This document shows, one piece after another, positions 1 through 10,200 of a stretch of 64,000 bases of DNA. Position 1 is the first letter of the stretch. Each line of letters opens with the position of its first letter. The translations under genes were made by a program, and so were the position numbers. The notes below the pieces were generated by a model. The model was not told the origin of the DNA and did not search any database. It saw only the letters and a list, made by a program, of their open reading frames with translations. Source of the DNA: Eledone cirrhosa (taxonomy: Eukaryota); the NCBI GenBank assembly GCA_964016885.1, contig OZ024740.1, forward strand, positions 422,902,001-422,966,000, given 5' to 3'.

Positions 1-3000
1 AGAGCTAGACCTTAGGACAGAGAGGAGGTGTTGATAGAGAAGATCAGAAGTGTGGAGAGAGTGGTTGACAGGTCTGGATGTAAGGAGACCTAGACCTTAG
101 GACAGAGAAGAGGTGTTGATAGAGAAGGTCAGAAGTGTGGAGAGAGTGGTACACAGGTCTGGATGTAAGGAGAGCTAGACCTTAAGACAAAGAGGATGTG
201 TTGATAGTGAAGGTCAGAAGTGTGGAGAGAGTGGTTGACAGGTCTGGATGTAAGGAGAGCTGGACCTTAGGATAGAGAGGAGGTGTTGATTGAGAAGGTC
301 TGATTTTTGGAGAGAGTGGTTGACAGGTCTGGATGTAAGGAGAGCTGGACCTTAGGACAGAGAGGAGATGTTGATAGAGAAGGTCAGAAGTGTGGAGAGA
401 GTGGTTGACAGGTATGGATGTAAGGAGAGCTAGACCTTAGGACAGAGAAGAGGTGTTGATGGAGAAGGTCAGAAGTGTGGAGAGAGTGGTTGACAGGTCT
501 GGATGTAAGGAGAGCTGGACCTTAGGACAGAGAGGAGGTGTTGATAGAGAAGGTCAGAAGTGTGTAGAGAGTGGTTGACAGGTCTGGATGTAAGGAGAGC
601 TGGACCTTAGGATAGAGAGGAGGTGTTGATTGAGAAGATCTGATTTTTGGAGAGAGTGGTTGACAGGTCTGGATGTAAGTAGAGCTGGACCTTAGGAGAG
701 GGAGGAAGTGTTGATAGAGAGGGTCAGAAGTGTGGAGAGAGTGGATGACAGGTCTGGATGTAAGGAGAGCTGGCCCTTAGGACAGAGAGGAGGTGTTGAT
801 TGAGTAGGTCAGAAGTGTGGTGAGAGTGGTAGAGAGGTCTGGATGTAAGGAGAGCTGGACCTTAGGACATAGAGGAGGTGTTGATAGAGAAGGTCAGAAG
901 TGTGGAGAGAATGGTTGACAGGTCTGGATGTAAGGAGAGCTTGACCTTAGGACTGAGAGGAGGTGTTGATAGTGAAGGTCAGAAGTGTGGAGAGAGTGGT
1001 TGACAGGTCTGTGTGTAAGGAGAGCTAGACCTTAGGACAGAGAGGAGGTGTTGATGGAGAAGGTCAGATGTGTGGAGAGAGTGGTAGAGAGGTCTGGATG
1101 TAAGAAGAGCTGGACCTTAGGACATAGAGGAGGTGTTGATAGAGAAGGTCAGAAGTGTGGAGAGAATGGTTGACAGGTCTGGATGTAAGGAGAGCTGGAC
1201 CTTAGGACAGGGAGGAGGTGTTGATAGTGAAGGTCAGAAGTGTGGAGAGAGTGGTTGACAGGTCTGGATGTAAGGAGAGCTGGACCTTAGGATAGAGAGG
1301 AGGTGTTGATTGAGAAGGTCTGATTTTTGGAGAGAGTGGTTGACAGGTCTGGATGTAAGGAGAGCTGGACCTTAGGACAGAGAGGAGATGTTGATAGAGA
1401 AGGTCAGAAGTGTGGAGAGAGTGGTTGACAGGTATGGATGTAAGGAGAGCTAGACCTTAGGACAGAGAAGAGGTGTTGATGGAGAAGGTCAGAAGTGTGG
1501 AGAGAGTGGTTGACAGGTCTGGATGTAAGGAGAGCTGGACCTTAGGACAGAGAGGAGGTGTTGATAGAGAAGGTCAGAAGTGTGTAGAGAGTGGTTGACA
1601 GGTCTGGATGTAAGGAGAGCTGGACCTTAGGATAGAGAGGAGGTGTTGATTGAGAAGATCTGATTTTTGGAGAGAGTGGTTGACAGGTCTGGATGTAAGT
1701 AGAGCTGGACCTTAGGAGAGAGAGGAAGTGTTGATAGAGAGGGTCAGAAGTGTGGAGGGAGTGGATGACAGGTCTGGATGTAAGGAGAGCTGGCCCTTAG
1801 GACAGAGAGGAGGTGTTGATTGAGTAGGTCAGAAGTGTGGTGAGAGTGGTAGAGAGGTCTGGATGTAAGGAGAGCTGGACCTTAGGACATAGAGGAGGTG
1901 TTGATAGAGAAGGTCAAAAGTGTGGAGAGAGTGGATAACAGGTCTGGATGTAAGGAGAGCTGGACCTTAGAACAGAGAGGAGGTGTTGATTGAGTAGGTC
2001 AGAGGTGTGGTGAGAGTGATAGAGAGGTCTGGATGTAAGGAGAGCTGGACCTTAGGACATAGAGGAGGTGTTGATAGAGAAGGTCAGAAGTGTGGAGAGA
2101 ATGGTTGACAGGTCTGGATGTAAGGAGAGCTGGACCTTAGGACTGAGAGGAGGTGTTGATAGTGAAGGTCAGAAGTGTGGAGAGAGTGGTTGACAGGTCT
2201 GGGTGTAAGGAGAGCTCGACCTTAGGATAGAGAGGAGGTGTTGATGGGGAAGGTCAGATGTGTGGAGAGAGTGGTAGAGAGGTCTGGATGTAAGAAGAGC
2301 TGGACCTTAGGACATAGAGGAGGTGTTGATAGAGAAGGTCAGAAGTGTGGAGAGAATGGTTGACAGGTCTGGATGTAAGGAGAGCTGGACCTTAGGACAG
2401 GGAGGAGATGTTGATAGTGAAGGTCAGAAGTGTGGAGAGAGTGGTTGACAGGTCTGGGTGTAAGGAGAGCTAGACCTTAGGACAGAGAGGAGGTGTTGAT
2501 AGAGAAGATCAGAAGTGTGGAGAGAGTGGTTGACAGGTCTGGATGTAAGGAGACCTAGACCTTAGGACAGAGAAGAGGTGTTGATAGAGAAGGTCAGAAG
2601 TGTGGAGAGAGTGGTACACAGGTCTGGATGTAAGGAGAGCTAGACCTTAGGACAAAGAGGATGTGTTGATAGTGAAGGTCAGAAGTGTGGAGAGAGTGGT
2701 TGACAGGTCTGGATGTAAGGAGAGCTGGACCTTAGGATAGAGAGGAGGTGTTGATTGAGAAGGTCTGATTTTTGGAGAGAGTGGTTGACAGGTCTGGATG
2801 TAAGGAGAGCTGGACCTTAGGACAGAGAGGAGATGTTGATAGAGAAGGTCAGAAGTGTGGAGAGAGTGGTTGACAGGTATGGATGTAAGGAGAGCTAGAC
2901 CTTAGGACAGAGAAGAGGTGTTGATGGAGAAGGTCAGAAGTGTGGAGAGAGTGGTTGACAGGTCTGGATGTAAGGAGAGCTGGACCTTAGGACAGAGAGG

Positions 3001-3720
3001 AGGTGTTGATAGAGAAGGTCAGAAGTGTGTAGAGAGTGGTTGACAGGTCTGGATGTAAGGAGAGCTGGACCTTAGGATAGAGAGGAGGTGTTGATTGAGA
3101 AGATCTGATTTTTGGAGAGAGTGGTTGACAGGTCTGGATGTAAGTAGAGCTGGACCTTAGGAGAGGGAGGAAGTGTTGATAGAGAGGGTCAGAAGTGTGG
3201 AGAGAGTGGATGACAGGTCTGGATGTAAGGAGAGCTGGCCCTTAGGACAGAGAGGAGGTGTTGATTGAGTAGGTCAGAAGTGTGGTGAGAGTGGTAGAGA
3301 GGTCTGGATGTAAGGAGAGCTGGACCTTAGGACATAGAGGAGGTGTTGATAGAGAAGGTCAGAAGTGTGGAGAGAATGGTTGACAGGTCTGGATGTAAGG
3401 AGAGCTTGACCTTAGGACTGAGAGGAGGTGTTGATAGTGAAGGTCAGAAGTGTGGAGAGAGTGGTTGACAGGTCTGTGTGTAAGGAGAGCTAGACCTTAG
3501 GACAGAGAGGAGGTGTTGATGGAGAAGGTCAGATGTGTGGAGAGAGTGGTAGAGAGGTCTGGATGTAAGAAGAGCTGGACCTTAGGACATAGAGGAGGTG
3601 TTGATAGAGAATGTCAGAAGTGTGGAGAGAATGGTTGACAGGTCTGGATGTAAGGAGAGCTGGACCTTAGGACAGGGAGGAGGTGTTGATAGTGAAGGTC
3701 AGAAGTGTGGAGAGAGTGGT
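1..3720 (+). repeat. Higher-order duplication: ~1-1255 repeated at ~2466-3720 (offset 2465 bp = 29 monomers), with a nested 1020-bp (12-monomer) duplication ~206-895 / ~1226-1915
   Basis: Shared rare variants at exact offsets: AGATC 41/2506, TGATTTTT 301/1321/2766 and 641/1661/3106, TTGACC 941/3406, GTGTGTAAGG 1011/3476. Confidence 0.9.
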
Positions 3721-4749
3721 TGACATGTCTGGGTGTAAGGAGAGCTATACCTTAGGACAGAGAGGAGGTGTTGATAGAGAAGGTCAGAAGTGTGGAGAGA
3801 GTGGTTGACATGTCTGGGTGTAAGGAGAGCTATACCTTAGGACAGAGAGGAGGTGTTGATAGAGAAGGTCAGAAGTGTGGAGAGAGTGGTTGACAGGTCT
3901 GGATGTAAGGAGACCTAGACCTTAGGACAGAGAAGAGGTGTTGATAGAGAAGGTCAGAAGTGTGGAGAGAGTGGTACACAGGTCTGGATGTAAGGAGAGC
4001 TAGACCTTAGGACAGAGAGGAGATGTTGATAGAGAAGGTCAGAAGTGTGGAGAGAGTGGTTGACAGGTCTGGATGTAAGGAGAGCTAGACCTTAGGACAG
4101 AGAGGAGATGTTGATAGTGAAGGTCAGAAGTGTGGCGAGAGTGGTTGACAGGTCTGGATGTAAGGAGAGCTAGACCTTAGGAAAGAGAGGAGGTGTTGAT
4201 AGAGAAGGTCAGACGTGTGGAGAGAGTGGTTGACAGGTTTGGATGTAAGGAGAGCTAGACCTTAGGACAGAAAGGAGGTGTTGATAGAGGAGGTCAGAAG
4301 TGTGGAGAGAGTGGTAGAGAGGTCTGGATGTAAGGAGAGCTAAACCTTAGGACAGAGAGGAGGTGTTGATAGAGAAGGTCAGATGTGTGGAGAGAGTGGT
4401 AGAGAGGTCTGGATGTAAGGAGAGCTGGACCTTAGGACATAGAGGAGGTGTTGATAGAGAAGGTCAGAAGTGTGGAGAGAGTGGTTGACAGGTCTGGATG
4501 TAAGGAGAGCTAGACCTTAGGACAGAGAAGATGTGTTGATGGAGAAGGTCAGAAGTTGGGAGAGAGTGGTTGACAGGTTTGGATGTAAGGACAGCTGGAC
4601 CTTAGGACAGAGAGGAGGTGTTGATAGAGAAGGTCAGAAGTGTGGAGAGAGTGGTTGACAGGTCTGGATGTAAGGAGAGCTAGACCTTAGGACAGAGAGG
4701 AGATGTTGATGGAGAAGGTAAGAAGTGTGGAGAGAGTGGTTGACAGGTC

Positions 4750-7700
4750 TGGATGTAAGGAGAGCTAGACTTTAGGACAGAGAGGAGATGTTGATGGAGA
4801 AGGTAAGAAGTGTGGAGAGAGTGGTTGACAGGTCTGGATGTAAGGAGAGCTAGACCTTAGGAAAGAGAGGAGGTGTTGATAGAGAAGGTCAGAAGTGTGG
4901 AAAGTGTGGATGACAGGTCTGGATGTAAGGAGAGCTGGACCTTAGGAAAGAGAGGAGGTGTTGATAGAGAAGGTCAGAAGTGTGGAGAGAGTGGTTGACA
5001 GGTCTGGATGTAAGGAGAGCTAGACCTTAGGAGAGAGAGGAAGTGTTGATAGAGAGGGTCAGAAGTGTGGAGAGAGTGGTAGAGAGGTCTGGATGTAAGG
5101 AGATCTAGACCTCAGGACAGAGAGGAGGTGTTGATAGAGAAGGTCAGATGTGTGGAGAGAGTGGTTGACAGGTCTGGATGTAAGGAGAGCTAGACCTTAG
5201 GACAGAAAGGAGGTGTTGATAGAGAAGGTCAGAAGTGTGGAGAGAGTGGTTGACAGTTCTGGATGTAAGGAGAGCTGGACCTTAGGAGAGAGAGGAGGTG
5301 TTGATCGGGAAGGTAAGATGTGTGGAGAGAGTGGTTGACAGGTCTGGATGTAAGGACAGCTAGACCTTAGGACAGAGAAGAGGTGTTGATGGAGAAGGTC
5401 AGAAGTGTGGAGAGAGTGGTTGACAGGTCTGGATGTAAGGACAGCTGGACCTTAGGACAGAGAGGAGGTGTTGATAGAGAAGGTCAGAAGTGTGGAGAGA
5501 GTGGTTGACAGGTCTGGATGTAAGGAGAGCTAGACCTTAGGAAAGAGAGGAGGTGTTGATAGAGAAGGTCAGAATTGTGGAGAGAGTGGTTGACAGGTCT
5601 GGATGTAAGGAGAGCTAGACCTTAGGACTGAGAGGAGATGTTGATAGAGAAGGTCAGAAGTGTGGAGAGAGTGGTTGACAGGTCTGGATGTAAGGACAGC
5701 TGGACCTTAGGACAGAGAGGAGGTGTTGATAGAGAAGGTCAGAAGTGTGGAGAGAGTGGTTGACAGGTCTGGATGTAAGGAGAGCTAGACCTTAGGAAAG
5801 AGAGGAGGTGTTGATAGAGAAGGTCAGAAGTGTGGAGAGAGTGGTTGACAGGTCTGGATGTAAGGAGAGCTAGACCTTAGGACTGAGAGGAGATGTTGAT
5901 AGAGAAGGTCAGAAGTGTGGAGAGAGTGGTTGACAGGTCTGGATGTAAGGAGAGCTAGACCTTAGGACAGAGAGGTGTTGATGGAGAATGTAAGAAGTGT
6001 GGCGAGAGTGGTTGACAGGTCTGGATGTAAGGAGAGCTAGACCTTAGGAAAGAGAGGAGGTGTTGATAGAGAAGGTCAGACGTGTGGAGAGAGTGGTTGA
6101 CAGGTCTGGATGTAAGGAGAGCTAGACCTTATGACAGAAAGGAGGTGTTGATAGAGAAGGTCAGAAGTGTGGAGAGAGTGGTAGAGAGGTCTGGATGTAA
6201 GGAGAGCTAGACCTTAGGACAGAGAGGAGGTGTTGATAGAGAAGGTCAGAAGTGTGGAGAGAGTGGTAGAGAGGTCTGGATGTAAGGAGAGCTGGACCTT
6301 AGGACATAGAGGAGGTGTTGATAGAGAAGGTCAGAAGTGTGGAGAGAGTGGTTGACAGGTCTGGATGTAAGGAGAGCTAGACCTTAGGACAGAGAAGAGG
6401 TGTTGATGGAGAAGGTCGGAAGTTGGGAGAGAGTGGTTGACAGGTTTGGATGTAAGGACAGCTGGACCTTAGGACAGAGAGGAGGTGTTGTTAGAGAAGG
6501 TCAGAAGTGTGGAGAGAGTGGTTGACAGGTCTGGATGTAAGGAGAGCTGGACCTTAGGAAAGAGAGGAGGTGTTGATAGAGAAGGTCAGAAGTGTGGAGA
6601 GAGTGGTTGACAGGTCTGGATGTAAGGAGAGCTAGACCTTAGGACAGAGAGGAGATGTTGATGGAGAAGGTAAGAAGTGTGGAGAGAGTGGTTGACAGGT
6701 CTGGATGTAAGGAGATCTAGACATTAGGAAAGAGAGGAGGTGTTGATAGAGAAGGTCAGAAGTGTGGAAAGAGTGGTTGACAGGTCTGGATGTAAGGAGA
6801 GCTGGACCTTAGGAAAGAGAGGAGGTGTTGATAGAGAAGGTCAGAAGTGTGGAGAGAGTGGTTGACAGGTCTGGATGTAAGGAGAGCTAGACCTTAGGAC
6901 AGAGAGGAGGTGTTGATAGAGAAGGTCAGAAGTGTGGAGAGAGTGGTTGACAGGTCTGGATGTAAGGAGAGCTAGACCTTAGGACAGAGAGGAGGTGTTG
7001 ATAGAGAAGGTCAGAAGTGTGGAGAGAGTGGTTGGCAGGTCTGGATGTAAGGAGAGCTAGACCTTAGGAAAGAGAGGAGGTGTTGATAGAGAAGGTCAGA
7101 AGTGTGGAGAGAGTGGTTGGCAGGTCTGGATGTAAGGAGAGCTGGAACTTAGGACAGAGAGGAGGTGTTGATAGAGAAGGTCAGAAGTGTGGAGAGGGTG
7201 GTAGAGAGGTCTGGATGTAAGGAGAGCTAGACCTTAGGACAGAGAGGAGGTGTTGATAGAGAAGGTCAAAAGTGTGGAGAGAGTGGATGACAGGTCTGGA
7301 TGTAAGGAGAGCTGGCCCTTAGGACAGAGAGGAGGTGTTGATTGAGTAGGTCAGAAGTGTGGTGAGAGTAGTAGAGAGGTCTGGATGTAAGGAGAGCTGG
7401 ACCTTAGGACATAGAGGAGGTGTTGATAGAGAAGGTCAGAAGTGTGGAGAGAATGGTTGACAGGTCTGGATGTAAGGAGAGCTGGACCTTAGGACTGAGA
7501 GGAGGTGTTGATAGTGAAGGTCAGAAGTGTGGAGAGAGTGGTTGACAGGTCTGGGTGTAAGGAGAGCTAGACCTTAGGACAGAGAGGAGGTGTTGATGGA
7601 GAAGGTCAGATGTGTGGAGAGAGTGGTTGACAGGTCTGTATGTAAGGAGAGCTAGACCTTAGGACAGAGAGGAGGTGTTGATAGAGAAGGTCAGAAGTGT

Positions 7701-10200
7701 GGAGAGAATGGTTGACAGGTCTGGATGTAAGGAGAGCTGGACCTTAGGACAGGGAGGACGTGTTGATAGTGAAGGTCAGAAGTGTGGAGAGAGTGGTTGA
7801 CATGTCTGGGTGTAAGGAGAGCTATACCTTAGGACAGAGAGGAGGTGTTGATAGAGAAGGTCAGAAGTGTGGAGAGAGTGGTTGACAGGTCTGGATGTAA
7901 GGAGACCTAGACCTTAGGACAGAGAAGAGGTGTTGATAGGGAAGGTCAGAAGTGTGGAGAGAGTGGTACACAGGTCTGGATGTAAGGAGAGCTAGACCTT
8001 AGGACAGAGAGGAGATGTTGATAGAGAAGGTCAGAAGTGTGGAGAGAGTGGTTGACAGGTCTGGATGTAAGAAGAGCTAGACCTTAGGACAGAGAGGAGG
8101 TGTTGATGGAGAAGGTCAGAAGTGTGGAGAGAGTGGTTGACAGGTCTGGATGTAAGGAGAGCTAGACCTTAGGACAGAGAGGAGGTGTTGATGGAGAATG
8201 TAAGAAGTGTGGAGAGAGTGGTTGACAGGTCTGGATGTAAGGAGAGCTAGACTTTAGGACAGAGAGGAGATGTTGATGGAGAAGGTAAGAAGTGTGGAGA
8301 GAGTGGTTGACAGGTCTGGATGTAAGGAGAGCTAGACCTTAGGAAAGAGAGGAGGTGTTGATAGAGAAGGTCAGAAGTGTGGAAAGTGTGGTTGACAGGT
8401 CTGGATGTAAGGAGAGCTGGACCTTAGGAAAGAGAGGAGGTGTTGATAGAGAAGGTCAGAAGTGTGGAGAGAGTGGTTGACAGGTCTGGATGTAAGGAGA
8501 GCTAGACCTTAGGAGAGAGAGGAAGTGTTGATAGAGAGGGTCAGAAGTGTGGAGAGAGTGGTAGAGAGGTCTGGATGTAAGGAGATCTAGACCTCAGGAC
8601 AGAGAGGAGGTGTTGATAGAGAAGGTCAGATGTGTGGAGAGAGTGGTTGACAGGTCTGGATGTAAGGAGAGCTAGACCTTAGGACAGAAAGGAGGTGTTG
8701 ATAGAGAAGGTCAGAAGTGTGGAGAGAGTGGTTGACAGTTCTGGATGTAAGGAGAGCTGGACCTTAGGACAGAGAAGAGGTGTTGATGGAGAAGGCCAGA
8801 AGTGTGGAGAGAGTGGTTGACAGGTCTGGATATAAGGACAGCTGGACCTTAGGACAGAGAGGAGGTGTTGATAGAGAAGGTCAGAAGTGTGGAGAGAGTG
8901 GTTGACAGGTCTGGATGTAAGGAGGGCTAGACCTCAGGAAAGAGAGGAGGTGTTGATAGAGAAGGTCAGAATTGTGGAGAGAGTGGTTGACAGGTCTGGA
9001 TGTAAGGAGAGCTAGACCTTAGGACTGAGAGGAGATGTTGATAGAGAAGGTCAGAAGTGTGGAGAGAGTGGTTGACAGGTCTGGATGTAAGGACAGCTGG
9101 ACCTTAGGACAGAGAGGAGGTGTTGATAGAGAAGGTCAGAAGTGTGGAGAGAGTGGTTGACAGGTCTGGATGTAAGGAGAGCTAGACCTTAGGAAAGAGA
9201 GGAGGTGTTGATAGAGAAGGTCAGAAGTGTGGAGAGAGTGGTTGACAGGTCTGGATGTAAGGAGAGCTAGACCTTAGGACTGAGAGGAGATGTTGATAGA
9301 GAAGGTCAGAAGTGTGGAGAGAGTGGTTGACAGGTCTGGATGTAAGGAGAGCTAGACCTTAGGACAGAGAGGTGTTGATGGAGAATGTAAGAAGTGTGGC
9401 GAGAGTGGTTGACAGGTCTGGATGTAAGGAGAGCTAGACCTTAGGAAAGAGAGGAGGTGTTGATAGAGAAGGTCAGACGTGTGGAGAGAGTGGTTGACAG
9501 GTCTGGATGTAAGGAGAGCTAGACCTTAGGACAGAAAGGAGGTGTTGATAGAGAAGGTCAGAAGTGTGGAGAGAGTGGTAGAGAGGTCTGGATGTAAGGA
9601 GAGCTAGACCTTAGGACAGAGAGGAGGTGTTGATAGAGAAGGTCAGAAGTGTGGAGAGAGTGGTAGAGAGGTCTGGATGTAAGGAGAGCTGGACCTTAGG
9701 ACATAGAGGAGGTGTTGATAGAGAAGGTCAGAAGTGTGGAGAGAGTGGTTGACAGGTCTGGATGTAAGGAGAGCTAGACCTTAGGACAGAGAAGAGGTGT
9801 TGATGGAGAAGGTCGGAAGTTGGGAGAGAGTGGTTGACAGGTTTGGATGTAAGGACAGCTGGACCTTAGGACAGAGAGGAGGTGTTGTTAGAGAAGGTCA
9901 GAAGTGTGGAGAGAGTGGTTGACAGGTCTGGATGTAAGGAGAGCTGGACCTTAGGAAAGAGAGGAGGTGTTGATAGAGAAGGTCAGAAGTGTGGAGAGAG
10001 TGGTTGACAGGTCTGGATGTAAGGAGAGCTAGACCTTAGGACAGAGATGAGGTGTTGATAGAGAAGGTCAGAAGTGTGGAGAGAGTGGTTGACAGGTCTG
10101 GATGTAAGGAGATCTAGACATTAGGAAAGAGAGGAGGTGTTGATAGAGAAGGTCATAAGTGTGGAAAGAGTGGTTGACAGGTCTGGATGTAAGGAGAGCT
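4750..10200 (+). repeat. Higher-order duplication at about 40-41 monomers offset (block ~4750-6800 recurring at ~8230-10200, with one monomer lost in the second copy)
   Basis: The same 3-bp deletion monomer (GACAGAGAGGTGTTGATGGAGAATGTAAGAAGTGTGGCG) sits at ~5971 and ~9368 (offset 3397 = 40x85 - 3). TCGGAAGTTGGG, GATCTAGACATTAGG, ACTTTAGG and GAAAGTGTGG markers occur in the same order in both copies. Confidence 0.8.

Noticed and set aside
23-95. Bacterial-like signals: TTGACA (-35 box), Shine-Dalgarno-like AGGAGGT and TAAGGAG, with an ATG 5 nt after AGGAGG in the GATGG variant
   Set aside because: No -10 box lies 16-18 bp from TTGACA, the resulting peptides are only about 19-39 aa, and such motifs are expected in GA-rich DNA. 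The array architecture is that of a eukaryotic satellite.
1-170. Satellite-encoded hammerhead ribozyme (as in newt satellite 2, schistosome Sm-alpha or Dolichopoda pDo500)
   Set aside because: Neither strand of the consensus has the CUGANGA plus GAAA core; TTGATAGA (+) and CTGACCT (-) are not matches. An Infernal/Rfam scan of dimers would be the formal test.
120-330. Resemblance of AGAGAAGGTCA...TGACAGGTCTG to hairpin-ribozyme loop A (AGAA-GUCA / UGAC-AGUC)
   Set aside because: Loop sizes and the N-GUC cleavage register do not match, and there is no loop B domain; I judge it a superficial similarity.
4715-4725. AAG|GTAAG variant resembling a consensus 5' splice donor (recurrent)
   Set aside because: It is a single C>A variant of AAGGTCAG. 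The + strand has no polypyrimidine acceptors or exon structure to support splicing.
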